Assembly (NCBI GenBank): GCA_964542645.1
Contig: CAZIUG010000008.1
Location: forward strand, 516,338-580,337
DNA from: an uncultured Opitutales bacterium
Lineage (GTDB): Bacteria; Verrucomicrobiota; Verrucomicrobiia; Opitutales; UBA2987
DNA: 64,000 nucleotides
Reading direction: 5' to 3'
In this document: positions 1-11,253 of the stretch, in pieces
How the letters are laid out: each line of letters opens with the position of its first letter
Numbering within the stretch: the stretch's first letter is position 1
Translations under genes and position numbers: made by a program
Notes under the pieces: model-generated
Database searches by the model: none
What the model saw: only the letters and a program-made list of their open reading frames with translations
Told to the model about the DNA's origin: nothing

Positions 1-181
1 CGATCCCTTTGGATCCTGCCTCAAGCAGCGAGATCATGTCGGAAAAGAATGGATACACTTTCCGCTTCTCCCTTCTAGCAATGGTTTGATCGGCAACTGC
101 CAGATCCACCAAGATACTGTCTTCAGCTATTACGGCTCCTATTGAATTGGAACCCTTATGGGTGTAAGATACGAGTTTCAT
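1..181 (-). CDS. Partial CDS (N-terminus), probable fumarylacetoacetate hydrolase family protein
   Basis: Manual translation from ATG at 181: MKLVSYTHKGSNSIGAVIAEDSILVDLAVADQ...FFSDMISLLEAG, open to the window edge; resembles FAH-family N-termini. Confidence 0.55.
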   Translation of the reverse strand, partial: MKLVSYTHKGSNSIGAVIAEDSILVDLAVADQTIARREKRKVYPFFSDMISLLEAGSKGI

Positions 182-420
182 TTGACCAAGATCCCTTTAA
201 GTTTGAAACCGAAATATCGGAGAACCACTACAGTGGAACAAGCAAAAAGTCTCTCAAATTTACAAAATACTTCCAATCTCACGTCAATCGCACGTGCTTT
301 CGGTGAAACTTTGGAACCAGTCGCCATTCGATGTCCTTAAAGTTTAGATTACACTTACAATTTCTACGATCGTTTCCATATATAATTCGTGATTTCAGTC
401 TAATTTAAATTTCCGATCAC

Positions 421-1617
421 ATGATCTTAAGTCTTCTCGATAACGATCTCTACAAAATGACCATGATGCAGGCTGTTTGGCAAAGATATCGCCATGAAAA
501 AGCCACCTACGAGTTGATTAACCGCCAACCAGGCAACCTATTTACCGAATCATTCTGTGATCGCCTTAGAGATGAACTCTCACTCTTTAGCAAATTAGGT
601 TTCCGTAGCGATGAGAGAGATTGGCTAGAAAATACAGGATTATTCAGAAAGGAATTTATTGAATTTCTTACCTCGTTTAAACTGGATCCTTCAAAGATCA
701 ACTTACGACTTTCTAGAAATTTTAGCCTCGAAATCGAGATCTCAGGCTCATGGTTGGAAACAATTCTCTGGGAAGTTCCCCTGATGGCCCTCATTAATGA
801 AATCTACTTTAACAAGATCAGCAAGGGATGGGATAGAGATCTCGATCATTATCGTGAGAGAACCACCGAAAAAGGGAATAAACTGGCACGAGCCGGTTGC
901 CACTTTAGTGATTTCGGGACCAGACGAAGGCGCAGCTTAGCCGTACATCAAACTGTCATTGATGCCTTTACTAAATTAAAGGAGGGGAAGAAAGGCTGTT
1001 TTCTAGGTACCAGCAATATGTATCTGGCCAGGAAATTTGGAATTACTCCCGTCGGAACTATGGCACATGAATGGATCATGGCTCATGCGGGAATTTATGG
1101 TATCTCCGGAGCGAATCGAAAAGCCCTTCAGGTTTGGAGGAACGTCTACGAAAACAAGCTTCTTATTGCTCTCGCCGATACCTATACGACCGAACTCTTT
1201 CTGAAGGAATTTTCCGGTCCTCTCGCTCGACAGTACGAAGGAGTACGCCATGACAGTGGGAATCCTTTTTCTTTTGCTCAGAACGTAATTAGCTTCTACC
1301 GTTGTGAGGGAATCGACCCATCGACCAAAACAGCCGTATTTAGTGACAATCTAAATGTCGACCGTGCCATCGCAATACAGCGAAGAGTCGGTGGCAACAT
1401 CCAGCCTCTTTTTGGAATCGGAAATCATTTCACCAATGACTTTCCAGGGAGCGCAGCACTCGATATAGTGATTAAAATGACCCGAATCAACGGGCGTCCG
1501 GTCACCAAAATTAGCGATAACCCGCATAAGGCAAGTGGTCTGCCAAGAGCGATCGAAGAATCGCTCGCGACCATTAAAGGGGAGTTGGCAAGATCTCGAA
1601 CTAATACACCAACATAA
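421..1617 (+). CDS. pncB: Nicotinate phosphoribosyltransferase
   Basis: SLLDNDLYKMTM, DFGTRRR, GTSN, GTMAHEW, GVRHDSG, KISD motifs. Confidence 0.95.
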   Translation: MILSLLDNDLYKMTMMQAVWQRYRHEKATYELINRQPGNLFTESFCDRLRDELSLFSKLGFRSDERDWLENTGLFRKEFIEFLTSFKLDPSKINLRLSRNFSLEIEISGSWLETILWEVPLMALINEIYFNKISKGWDRDLDHYRERTTEKGNKLARAGCHFSDFGTRRRRSLAVHQTVIDAFTKLKEGKKGCFLGTSNMYLARKFGITPVGTMAHEWIMAHAGIYGISGANRKALQVWRNVYENKLLIALADTYTTELFLKEFSGPLARQYEGVRHDSGNPFSFAQNVISFYRCEGIDPSTKTAVFSDNLNVDRAIAIQRRVGGNIQPLFGIGNHFTNDFPGSAALDIVIKMTRINGRPVTKISDNPHKASGLPRAIEESLATIKGELARSRTNTPT

Positions 1618-1703
1618 CAACCGCCTCCTTCAGAAAATTCCCACCTTGACTCTTAGTCCTTCATCCCATCGTCTAAATCCGAGTACTCAAATTTGTGATT
1701 TGT

Positions 1704-2261
1704 ATGCCGTTCCGAAGCGCCTTGATCATCGTTGATCTCAACAATGACTTTATGCCGGGTGGCGCGCTTGCCGTGAAGGGAGCGGATGAGATCCTGGGCC
1801 TTATCAATCCGCTAGCCGCAGAAGGCAAATATAACTACGTAGTCGCGACCCAAGACTGGCATCCCAAAGACCATATCTCATTTAAAAATTGGCCCGTACA
1901 CTGTGTTGCGGAGACACGCGGTGCTGAATTTCATCCCTCTTTTGACACAAAAAATGTCCACGCGGTAATTAAGAAGGGATTTACCAAAAATGCCGATAGC
2001 TACAGCGGCTTCTATGATGAACAAGGGCGCAGCAATGGACTAGCAGAGCTTCTCATAACTAATCACATTGACGAGGTAGACATCGTCGGGATAGCAACAG
2101 ACTATTGTGTTAGAGCAACTGCCATTGAAGCTGTTCAAAAAGCCGGCTTCAAAACCCGCGTGCTTCTCCATGCTTGTCGAGGTGTCGGACTCAAACCTGA
2201 CGATATCCCAAACTCAATTGAGGAAATGAAAAAAGCCGGAGTCGCGATAGTTACCAACTAA
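1704..2261 (+). CDS. pncA: Nicotinamidase/pyrazinamidase (isochorismatase family)
   Basis: VDLNNDFMPGGALAV, QDWHP, WPVHC, DSYSGF, GIATDYCV; follows pncB; ATG at 1704 preferred. Confidence 0.92.
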   Translation: MPFRSALIIVDLNNDFMPGGALAVKGADEILGLINPLAAEGKYNYVVATQDWHPKDHISFKNWPVHCVAETRGAEFHPSFDTKNVHAVIKKGFTKNADSYSGFYDEQGRSNGLAELLITNHIDEVDIVGIATDYCVRATAIEAVQKAGFKTRVLLHACRGVGLKPDDIPNSIEEMKKAGVAIVTN

Positions 2262-2376
2262 CATCGGCGGACAGAGACCGGGACATCACGAAGGAAACCC
2301 AAAGGATCGGCTAGGAAAGCCGAAAGCGACCCTGAATCCTATCAGGTTTCACTAGATAGAAGCAGTCTGTTGATCT

Positions 2377-3327
2377 CTAAACCATTCTTAGCACTTCTTT
2401 TTCCAACTCATCTACAAAATCTTTGTAGGTCGATACCAGGCCTTTCTCCAATCCGATCTTTGGAAACCAACCAGTCTCTTTGAGGCGTGAGATGTCTAGT
2501 AGTTTTCTCATCGGACCATCCGGTTTAGAGGTGTCAAACTCGATTTCTCCTTCGTACCCTACTACTCTCCTAATAGTTTTCGCCAACTCTAAGATGCTCA
2601 GATCCTTTCCGGATCCCAAATTAATCCAATCCGGAGGATTCCCAAGGTTAAGTAAATGAAGAATAGCATCTGCTAGATCGTCGACATGCATGAATTCGCG
2701 CTTCGGCCGTCCAGTTCCCCAAAGCACAACTGAAGGATCACGACGCACCTTAGCCTCATGAAATTTACGGATCAAAGCTGGAATCACATGGCTATTTTCC
2801 AAGTGGTAATTGTCTCCTGGACCATAAAGATTAGTTGGCATAGCGGAGTGAAAGAGGACCCCAAACTGCTCCCGATACTTTTGACAGAGTTTAAGCCCAG
2901 CAATTTTTGCTATAGCGTAAGCCTCATTAGTCGGTTCCAAAGGGCTCTCGAGAAGGGACTCTTCCACCATCGGTTGAGTCGCCTCGCGGGGGTAAATGCA
3001 AGAACTGCCCAAGAAAAGCAGACGCTTTGATGCATACCGATACGCTGCTTCGACCATGTTAAGTGCAATCGAGAGGTTAACGCGAAGAAATTCCGCAGGA
3101 TAGGTCGCATTCGCTTGGATACCTCCAACCTTAGCAGCAGCCACGATCACGATCTCAGGCTTCTCCTTTTCGAAGAACCGATCTACAGCGCCAGCATCAC
3201 AAAGATCCAATTCCTCTCGAGTCTGAGTCAGCAGATTCTTAAACCCTGATTCTATCAACTTCCGCATCAGCGCCGACCCGACCATGCCCCGACTTCCGGC
3301 AACATAGACTCTATCTTCCTTTTCCAT
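2377..3327 (-). CDS. fcl: GDP-L-fucose synthase
   Basis: [44 protein letters not shown]. Confidence 0.95.
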   Translation of the reverse strand: MEKEDRVYVAGSRGMVGSALMRKLIESGFKNLLTQTREELDLCDAGAVDRFFEKEKPEIVIVAAAKVGGIQANATYPAEFLRVNLSIALNMVEAAYRYASKRLLFLGSSCIYPREATQPMVEESLLESPLEPTNEAYAIAKIAGLKLCQKYREQFGVLFHSAMPTNLYGPGDNYHLENSHVIPALIRKFHEAKVRRDPSVVLWGTGRPKREFMHVDDLADAILHLLNLGNPPDWINLGSGKDLSILELAKTIRRVVGYEGEIEFDTSKPDGPMRKLLDISRLKETGWFPKIGLEKGLVSTYKDFVDELEKEVLRMV

Positions 3328-3564
3328 GCCGCTCCTTTAAATCAGTTACAAATACCCCGCTCAATTCTAAACCACATTGGCTAAGATTCTAAAAAGTTTT
3401 TCAAAACATCCAATCTGGAAAATCACCAAAGCTTTCTCCTTTTTCTTTGCTCCTTGGGATTTTTGATTCTCCTCTCCATACATCCATTAATAACGTCAGT
3501 TCTGCATCTGGATGTAATCTCCACCCAAACCGGAGCACGCAAAGATTGGAGCAAGACTTATGAA

Positions 3565-4587
3565 CTAAGAAACCTCCGCCGTGGCCTGTTGATAGGCGAG
3601 CTCCTTTTTAGCCATCGCTAAATCTGATTCGATCATAATCTTGACCAGCCCCTCGAATGTAACCTTTGGCTCCCAATTCAGTTTCTTTTTCGCTTTCGAT
3701 GCATTACCGATCAAAAGATCTACCTCCGAAGGTCTCTCATACCTCGAATCGTGCTCAACGTAGGACCTCCAATCCAGATCAAGAAGCTCGAATGCTACCT
3801 CGCAGAACTCCTGAACCGAGTGCGTTTCATTAGTAGCAATCACATAATCGTCTGGATCGTCCTGTTGAAGCATCAACCACATCGCTTCCACATACTCTGG
3901 AGCGTAACCCCAATCCCTACGGGCATCGAGATTACCCATGTAGAGCTTACTCTGTAGCCCCATTTTGATCCGCGTTGCAGCACGACTAATCTTACGGGTT
4001 ACAAAGGTCTCGCCCCTTCTAGGTGACTCGTGATTAAAAAGGATCCCATTACTTGCATGGAGCTTATAGGCCTCACGGTAATTAACCGTCAGCCAATAGG
4101 AAAAGACCTTAGCGCAGCCGTAGGGAGAACGCGGATGGAAAGGAGTTGTCTCTGACTGAGGAACCTCATGAACCTTTCCAAACATCTCTGAGGAAGAAGC
4201 CTGATAAAAACGGATTCTCCCCTCTAAACCCGCCTCCCGAATCGCTTCCAGAATCCGTACAGTACTCAAACCAGTCACATCACCGGTATACAACGGGATA
4301 TCAAATGAGACTCGGACATGACTTTGGGCACCAAGATTATAGATCTCATCCGGAGTTAAATCGTAAAGCAGCTTCACTAAATGGACGCTATCGGCAAGAT
4401 CCCCGTAATGAAGAAACAAGCGGTTACCATTGATGTGAGGATCCTGGTAAAGGTGGTCAATTCGAGAGGTACTAATGGTCGACGATCTGCGCTTGATACC
4501 ATGCACCTCATATCCTTTCTCTAACAGAAGTTCTGCCAGATAAGAACCATCCTGCCCCGTAATTCCTGTTATCAATGCTTTTTTCAT
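3565..4587 (-). CDS. gmd: GDP-mannose 4,6-dehydratase
   Basis: [46 protein letters not shown]. Confidence 0.97.
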   Translation of the reverse strand: MKKALITGITGQDGSYLAELLLEKGYEVHGIKRRSSTISTSRIDHLYQDPHINGNRLFLHYGDLADSVHLVKLLYDLTPDEIYNLGAQSHVRVSFDIPLYTGDVTGLSTVRILEAIREAGLEGRIRFYQASSSEMFGKVHEVPQSETTPFHPRSPYGCAKVFSYWLTVNYREAYKLHASNGILFNHESPRRGETFVTRKISRAATRIKMGLQSKLYMGNLDARRDWGYAPEYVEAMWLMLQQDDPDDYVIATNETHSVQEFCEVAFELLDLDWRSYVEHDSRYERPSEVDLLIGNASKAKKKLNWEPKVTFEGLVKIMIESDLAMAKKELAYQQATAEVS

Positions 4588-4907
4588 CTTTCTTTTTTCT
4601 TCCCATCAAAGAATCAGCATACTGTCCTTTGGTAGCTTACTGCATTCCCTTTAATTTCGATTTGCGTAATTCCGTATTTTTTATTTGGGTTTTCGCGCAC
4701 ACTTTGGGATGGATTGCTCAAAACCCTGAGTCTTTCCCAACAATAGCCGAGAACGGCTAACAGCTAATTAGCAACTGACAAAGTCAATCCGAATCCGTGG
4801 CAAGATGTAGAAAGGTAGGTTTCAGATATTAGGAATGGACCGCTTCCCCATTCCCAGGCCCGTTCAACAAATCCCTGAATAGAAGGTCCATAATACCAAA
4901 CCAAGCA

Positions 4908-6083
4908 ATGGATATACCGAGTCAAAATGATATCTCGGTTAGCCGCCTTCGGCGGATAAATCGAAGTTTTAATATCGCCGTAGCCTTCGACCTCGAGCTG
5001 AATCAAGCAACGGAAATTTTTCAGGGGATTACAGACTACTCACATTACCAGCCATCCTGGAATATAATTCCTATCAATTTTCAATTCGAGGAACTTCTAG
5101 GTGAACTTGTAGCGTCGAATGAAATTGACGGTGTAATCGGGAGTTTTGTTAGCGATACTTGGTTGGAAAGGCTTGGGAAAGAGACTCCACCAACAGTAAA
5201 TTTATCAAAGCTCTCACGAATAGAATCGGTCACGACGGTGGGAGTTGATGACCAAAAAGTCGGTGGATTTGCTGCAGAAGCGCTGAAAACAAGCGGACAT
5301 GTCCAATATGCATTTATAGGAATACGTGGAAATCGATTTTCTCAACTTCGATATGAAGGTTTCAGAGACCGACTCTTAAAAGAAGGTAAAGCATGTGAGG
5401 CTTCCTATTCTGGCCAACCCTCCGGCCTAATCGAATGGCTGCGGGCACTTCCAACCCCCATCGGCATCTTCTGTGTCTCCGACTACCTAGCTAGGATAGC
5501 AATCCTAAAGTGTCGTAGCTTATCAAAACAGATACCAAAGGACATCGCTATCATGGGTGTAGGAAATAATCCTCTCGATTCAATCCTGTCTGGTATACCT
5601 CTAACCAGTATCGCACTTCCCAGCCGCGAAATCGGTTATAAAGCAGCTGAAGAGCTGAACCGTATAATCCAAGAAGAACCTTACACCGTGAGACAGATAG
5701 ATCTCCCTCCAGGTGAACTCTACCTGAGAGAATCTACCCTGTTAGGGAAACAACTCGACCTTGCCCTCGAAAAAGCATTGAACTTCATTCGTCAGAATCT
5801 ATCTCAACCAATCGGCGTCGATGATGTGGCACGCGAATCAGGTGTATCAAGAAGAAATCTTGAAATGAGATTCCAGCGAAGTTTGGGCCGAAGCCCCTAT
5901 CGAGAATTGACACGCTTTCGAATGGAAGAAGCCCAAAGGCTTCTCACTGAATCGAATCTCCGCATCTACGAAATTGGCGAGCGCTGCGGTTATCCCGAAC
6001 AACAACAGTTCAGCACTGCCTTCAAAAATTGGTGCGGCCAAAGTCCTAGAAATCACAGGAAGGAGAGACAGACGAAGAAATGA
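4908..6083 (+). CDS. XylR-type regulator (LacI-like sensor domain plus C-terminal AraC HTH)
   Basis: Periplasmic-binding-like core (PIGIFCVSD, LTSIALP, IGYKAA) plus AraC tail (SRRNLEMRF, GYPEQQQFSTAFK). Confidence 0.88.
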   Translation: MDIPSQNDISVSRLRRINRSFNIAVAFDLELNQATEIFQGITDYSHYQPSWNIIPINFQFEELLGELVASNEIDGVIGSFVSDTWLERLGKETPPTVNLSKLSRIESVTTVGVDDQKVGGFAAEALKTSGHVQYAFIGIRGNRFSQLRYEGFRDRLLKEGKACEASYSGQPSGLIEWLRALPTPIGIFCVSDYLARIAILKCRSLSKQIPKDIAIMGVGNNPLDSILSGIPLTSIALPSREIGYKAAEELNRIIQEEPYTVRQIDLPPGELYLRESTLLGKQLDLALEKALNFIRQNLSQPIGVDDVARESGVSRRNLEMRFQRSLGRSPYRELTRFRMEEAQRLLTESNLRIYEIGERCGYPEQQQFSTAFKNWCGQSPRNHRKERQTKK

Positions 6084-6296
6084 CCCTCAGCATGTGAACT
6101 GTTGAGAAAGGGATTTAAATTTAAAGATTGAAACAGGTAGAACCGACTCCGAGCTCTTCACTTAAAGGTCTTCTATTCCCTCCGATTTTGCTCTTGCCCG
6201 TCACATCGTTGGCATGTTTACCTCCCTACCAGGAGACTAGGAATATCCTCCCTCCCGCGAAGCAACGTCGCTAGAATTTTGCGCCAGTGGAATTCC

Positions 6297-6373
6297 GGGG
6301 GATTAGCTCAGTTGGTTAGAGCGCTTGCTTCACACGCAAGAGGTCACTGGTTCGAGTCCAGTATCTCCCACCA
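6297..6373 (+). tRNA. tRNA-Val (CAC)
   Basis: Acceptor GGGGGAT/ATCTCCC, D-arm TAGCTCAGTTGGTTAGAGC, anticodon arm CTTGC-TTCACAC-GCAAG, GGTTCGAGTCC, encoded CCA. Confidence 0.96.
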
Positions 6374-6503
6374 CTTTAAAAGTTTTAACATAAACCAGTT
6401 AAGAAACTGTATTTGAGGGAATTAAGAAGACCGAAAAGCCTATTTTAAAGATTCCATTTAAATGCAGGCCCCTTGTTCCATTCACGCGAAAAGGTAGTTC
6501 TAA

Positions 6504-7388
6504 CTACTGCCTTAATAACCCGAGCTTTCCGAGCTTTCCCTTCAGGATTTCGCGTTCTTCAGACGTCAGAGCAGGCTGCGGTGGGCGAGGTTCCCCACAT
6601 TCGACTCCGAGTCTCTCGCTCAAAGCCGCTTTAAGGCTAGCGTGGTATAGTCCTTCGATTTGGAAGTTGCTCACTTCCGTAGCCCGGGCCTGAGCAGTCT
6701 CTGCGCGCTTCAAATCTCCCTCCTGATATGCATCCCAAATTTTGATCCAGAATTCAGGCGCGACATTCAGCGGTCCATCGATACAGCCACTCCCACCAAT
6801 AGTTAGGGCCGGCAGCATTAGGTTACTATTCCCAACAAAACAAGAGAGTCCCATCTTAGCAAAATCACGGATATAAGAAAGAGTTGGAGCGGAGTGCTTG
6901 AGTCCGGTCAATTGTGGAACTCCATCCCGGATTTTTCCCATCAATTCAGGGGTTATCTCGACACCCGTGCATTCCGGAAGATTGTAAACAAAAAGGGGCA
7001 AATTTGCGGCGGCGCCTACTATCCGATAATGCTCTACAATTCCCTTCTCGCTCGTTCTAGAGAAAAACGGGGGCACGCAACAAATGGCATCGACCCCAGC
7101 TCCCGCGGCATGCTCGGCCATATGAGCCGCTCGCTTCGTTGTCGGAGCCCCGACATGCATTATATTTTTCGCCCTTCCTCTTGCCTGGCCTACAGCGAGC
7201 TTCGCTATTCTCTTATTCTCGTCATCGTCCAACAAAACACTCTCTCCAGCACCGCCCGCGATCCAAAACCCATGGACACCAGCTTCAATATTGAACTCCA
7301 TTACCTTGCAAAACACCTCCTCGTTGAGGCAGCCCTCCGAACTCATAGGTGTGATGCTTGCTGGGTAAACTCCTTTAAACTCTAGCAT
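6504..7388 (-). CDS. DHDPS/N-acetylneuraminate lyase family class I aldolase
   Basis: GVYPASITP, GGAGE, VYNLP, Schiff-base Lys in GLKHS. Confidence 0.88.
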   Translation of the reverse strand: MLEFKGVYPASITPMSSEGCLNEEVFCKVMEFNIEAGVHGFWIAGGAGESVLLDDDENKRIAKLAVGQARGRAKNIMHVGAPTTKRAAHMAEHAAGAGVDAICCVPPFFSRTSEKGIVEHYRIVGAAANLPLFVYNLPECTGVEITPELMGKIRDGVPQLTGLKHSAPTLSYIRDFAKMGLSCFVGNSNLMLPALTIGGSGCIDGPLNVAPEFWIKIWDAYQEGDLKRAETAQARATEVSNFQIEGLYHASLKAALSERLGVECGEPRPPQPALTSEEREILKGKLGKLGLLRQ

Positions 7389-7504
7389 GCTAATTATCCT
7401 TTCCTCAATCTTAAATCAGCATCGGTGATGCCAAGAACCTTCCCTTTTCTCGAGGCGACTATACAGAACATGTTAATACCCACTCTTTATCAACACTGTT
7501 ATTC

Positions 7505-8293
7505 TCAATAATACCCTTTGCTTCCACCCCCATCCACTGAAATCCCCGTGCCATGGATATGGCGTGCGTGGGAACCGCATAAGTAGGCAACCAATTCCGA
7601 AATATCTTCTGGTCGCCCCAGCCGACGCAACCCATCTGAAACAATCGCATCTTGACGAATATCCTGGACACTCTTGTTTTGCAGATGCGCCCGTTTCTCA
7701 AATATAGCTTGAGAGCGCTCGGTCTCAGTCAATCCTGGGTTAATCCAGTTAACATTGACGTCATCAATCAATCCTTGGTTCGCCAGCCCCTTGGAAAAGT
7801 TGGCTAAGGCAGCATTGACCGCGCCGCCGACGAGGAAGTCGTTAGTCGGGGTACGAGCCATCCCTCCTACGATATTGATCACACAGCCCTTAGTCTTCTT
7901 CAATTCCGACCACAATAGACGGCACAGTCGGACTGCGGAGTGAAACTTTAGAGAGAAACCATCTAGCATTTCTTCATCTGGCTGATCCAGGAATTTCCCA
8001 GCTTTGGTGGCTCCAGCCGAGTTAATTAAAATGTCACACTTTCCAAAAGCTTTCATGAATGAACCCACTGCTGCTTCACATCCTTCCAAAAGACGTAAAT
8101 CAGCGGCATGGATTTCCACTAGTGCTGTGTTTTTTTTTCGAATCGCATCCGCTGAAAATTTCAACTTCTCAAGGTTTGAGGACACCAGAAACACGTTGGC
8201 ACCTCCCGATGCAAGACGCATTGCACAGGCAAATCCTATTCCTCGTGATCCACCAGAAACGAAAGCAACCTTGTCCTTAAAACTATTCATCAT
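7505..8293 (-). CDS. Short-chain dehydrogenase/reductase
   Basis: SGGSRGIG, LINSAG, VNWINPG, VDGG; canonical YxxxK Tyr not evident (GGAVNAAL). Confidence 0.88.
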   Translation of the reverse strand: MMNSFKDKVAFVSGGSRGIGFACAMRLASGGANVFLVSSNLEKLKFSADAIRKKNTALVEIHAADLRLLEGCEAAVGSFMKAFGKCDILINSAGATKAGKFLDQPDEEMLDGFSLKFHSAVRLCRLLWSELKKTKGCVINIVGGMARTPTNDFLVGGAVNAALANFSKGLANQGLIDDVNVNWINPGLTETERSQAIFEKRAHLQNKSVQDIRQDAIVSDGLRRLGRPEDISELVAYLCGSHARHIHGTGISVDGGGSKGYY

Positions 8294-8513
8294 GTAGAAA
8301 ATCTATTTAGCCAAATAAACGAAACCGGTTGAGCTGCCAGAGCAACCTCCTCAAACGATCCAAATACCCTACCTCTAGGGCTTAACTTTATAAACTTGTA
8401 AGCAACCAATTTTAGTAATGATAGTCGCAATTGCAAGGATCTCGCTTCAAGGTAATCGGTATGAAGGCTACAAAAAATATTTCTACATTCCGCTCAAATA
8501 GACTAATACAACC

Positions 8514-10013
8514 ATGAGCAACGCAGAAAAGTCTCAATACGTATCAAAGGAATTGGCGCTTAACTTCCACCTCATGCATCCTGGAGGAGACAGCGCACCC
8601 GGTGATCCCAACCCCGCCTACTTCTTGGATGGCACCTATCATCTTCACTATATCCTTCGTCATCCATGGCATGGCGAACCCTCAAGCGGTAGGCCCCAAG
8701 ATCACGAAAACGCAAGATCTTACTCTTTCATCCATGTAACCAGCCCCGACATGTTGCACTGGACTTGGCAGCCGACCAAATTGCAACCCTCCTTTACAGG
8801 CCACGGCATGTTCAGTGGAACCGGGTTCTTCACCAAAGAGGGAAGGCCGGCAGCTATCTACGCTGGACTTTCAAATCCTCGGAATAGCTACATCATTGTC
8901 GCTAAAAACAATCGTCTAGGTTGCTGGGAAAAGCCTTTCCCAGTGCTTCCGAAAGGTGGGCCTTCCGGTAAGGATATTAACCTTCTCGGCGATCCTGACT
9001 GCTTCCTGGTCGGCGATACCTACTACGCTTTTTCCGCTGCAAACGACGTCCCTCTATTTAAATCTACCGACCTAAAAAATTGGGCCTATGTTGGTCCGAT
9101 GTTCAAACACCATCTACCTGACGTTGCAATCGGAGAGGATGTCTCATGCGCTAATTTTTTTGAACTTGATGGCAAATGGATGTTGCTGTGCATCAGCCAT
9201 CAATTCGGCTGCCGTTACTATCTTGGCGAGTGGGATCCTGAGATGGAGCAGTTCGTGCCGGAAAAGCACGAACGGATGAATTGGAGACGGCCCAATCAAG
9301 GAATCATAAAAACTGAATATCGCGATTTCTTCGCTCCAGAAAGCCTGCTTGCGGCTGACGGCCGAAGGATTATGTGGGCTTGGCTTTGTACTGCGGATCC
9401 ACCACTGAACTTGAAATCAATTCAATCGCTCCCGAGGGAATTGAAACTAGCGGACGATGGATCGCTACGTATACAACCTCTACAAGAATTGGAATCTTTA
9501 CGTTACAGTGCAAAGATTCTCAAAGAAATTACAGTCTCATCGCCAGACCGACCTGCCCACGACAGCAAGGGTCTCCAAAAAATCACCACCCTCGATGGAG
9601 ACGCTTTTGAGATTAGGATTACCATCGACCACAATCAGACGCTGAGAAAACGCTTTGGAGTTCTGCTCTTTACCAACGACGAGAACGAAGGACTGCCCAT
9701 CGTCATTCACCCTGAAACACGCACCATCCGGCTTGGCGCAGTAGAAGCTCCATTCGATGTGTCAGATCTTTCGGATAACGAAGACCTCGATTTGCGCATA
9801 TTCATTGACAAGTATCTCGTCGAGGTTTTCGCATCCAACCGCCAAGCGGTTCTGACTACATATGCGGACTACCAATCCGCCAATGGCCTATCAGCCTATT
9901 GCTTCGGCACAAGTATAACTTTTCGAAAGATTGAGATCTGGAAATTACGGCCTACAAATGAGGGCTTCTTTGAAGCCCAGAAGAATCCGATCTGGGAACC
10001 TGATGCGGAATAA
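8514..10013 (+). CDS. Glycoside hydrolase family 32-like protein (beta-propeller plus beta-sandwich)
   Basis: FHLM..GDPN, FSGTG, FFAPES, GRRIMWAW, SLPREL, LRIFIDKYLVEVF. Confidence 0.85.
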   Translation: MSNAEKSQYVSKELALNFHLMHPGGDSAPGDPNPAYFLDGTYHLHYILRHPWHGEPSSGRPQDHENARSYSFIHVTSPDMLHWTWQPTKLQPSFTGHGMFSGTGFFTKEGRPAAIYAGLSNPRNSYIIVAKNNRLGCWEKPFPVLPKGGPSGKDINLLGDPDCFLVGDTYYAFSAANDVPLFKSTDLKNWAYVGPMFKHHLPDVAIGEDVSCANFFELDGKWMLLCISHQFGCRYYLGEWDPEMEQFVPEKHERMNWRRPNQGIIKTEYRDFFAPESLLAADGRRIMWAWLCTADPPLNLKSIQSLPRELKLADDGSLRIQPLQELESLRYSAKILKEITVSSPDRPAHDSKGLQKITTLDGDAFEIRITIDHNQTLRKRFGVLLFTNDENEGLPIVIHPETRTIRLGAVEAPFDVSDLSDNEDLDLRIFIDKYLVEVFASNRQAVLTTYADYQSANGLSAYCFGTSITFRKIEIWKLRPTNEGFFEAQKNPIWEPDAE

Positions 10014-10238
10014 TAGACCAGCTTACTTCAAGTTAAAACCCTTACAGATCTAGAGCCAGGTCCCATAGGGCTAGAACGGCCTAATTCCCCTTGAATAGAA
10101 TCATCACAATTGTGAGAATCGCTTACTACGATTGAGGTTTTATTTTTCGGGTCCTAGGTATTTTCTTTGTTTACGAGTCTACTCCTTCGAACTATCTCTG
10201 GTTGGTGAAAATTTTCGATTCCTGAGTACACTCTAACA

Positions 10239-11027
10239 ATGAAGATACTTATCACCGGTGCTTACGGACTTGTCGGTAGCGTTGTCTACCAACATCTCTT
10301 GAAAGTGAAGCCAGAAGTAGAGATCTTTGGTCTTGGACGCAGGCGCCAAATCTCCGACCGCATCGACCCAGGAAACACCTTCGATATTCCCGAAGACCAT
10401 CTTTTCATTTCGGATTTGTCAAATCTCGAAGAAGTCTATGAAATACTTAAAGGCTTTGATACTGTTGTCCACATGGCAGCCGATCCACGGCCGGACGCCC
10501 CTTGGGAAAGCATCCTTAAAAGCAACATTCTAGGAACCTACAACATCCTTGAAGGTAGCGTTCGAGCTGGCGTCAAGCGAGTCATAGCAGCTAGTACCGT
10601 CATGGTTTCATGGGGATATTTCGAAAAGGACCCTCATAAATCAATCCGATTGGGAACCGCAAATTCGCAAACAGTAGAGAAATATCGAATCTTACCTACC
10701 GATCCCGTTCAACCCACCTGCCTTTATGCTTCCAGCAAAGTTTGCGTCGAGGCTATGGCCAAAACCTACACTTCTACCCATCCAATCTCAATCTTCTGTC
10801 TTCGAATCGGTGCTGTAAATTCAGAAGATCAACCAAGCCCAGGATGTCTGGACTGCTGGTGTAGCCACCGGGACATATCCCAAATTGTTGAAAAATGCAT
10901 TGAGGCAAAGCCCTCTGCCAAATTTGGGATTCACTATGCTGTCTCGGAAAGTTTATGGCGTAGTTTTGACATTGAGAGTGCAAGGCGCGAACTGGGATAT
11001 GTACCCATGGATCGGGTCCCAGGTTGA
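10239..11027 (+). CDS. NAD-dependent epimerase/dehydratase (uronate dehydrogenase-like)
   Basis: ITGAYGLVG, VVHMAA, YASSK, LRIG, WCSHRD. Confidence 0.82.
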   Translation: MKILITGAYGLVGSVVYQHLLKVKPEVEIFGLGRRRQISDRIDPGNTFDIPEDHLFISDLSNLEEVYEILKGFDTVVHMAADPRPDAPWESILKSNILGTYNILEGSVRAGVKRVIAASTVMVSWGYFEKDPHKSIRLGTANSQTVEKYRILPTDPVQPTCLYASSKVCVEAMAKTYTSTHPISIFCLRIGAVNSEDQPSPGCLDCWCSHRDISQIVEKCIEAKPSAKFGIHYAVSESLWRSFDIESARRELGYVPMDRVPG

Positions 11028-11253
11028 GAGAGTAGGGAATTGCCCCTCCTGCTCGTTGTTATTCTCGGCAGTCCTATTGTATTTCCAAAAATTAGGCAGA
11101 TATCCCTTTAAGTTTCCGCCCCATTGATCTGAGTTTCTACGAGCTCTAAACCTTGTTCCGCGGAAGAACTCGTGACCTAGCCTAATTTTCCAATCGGCAG
11201 GCTTCATTATCTCCAATACACCAAAAGGCGCGTGATTACCCGACTCCTTCAAC

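Noticed and set aside
2307-2345. Hairpins between pncA and fcl as terminator or ribozyme
   Set aside because: Short stems, no clear U-tract, no hammerhead core
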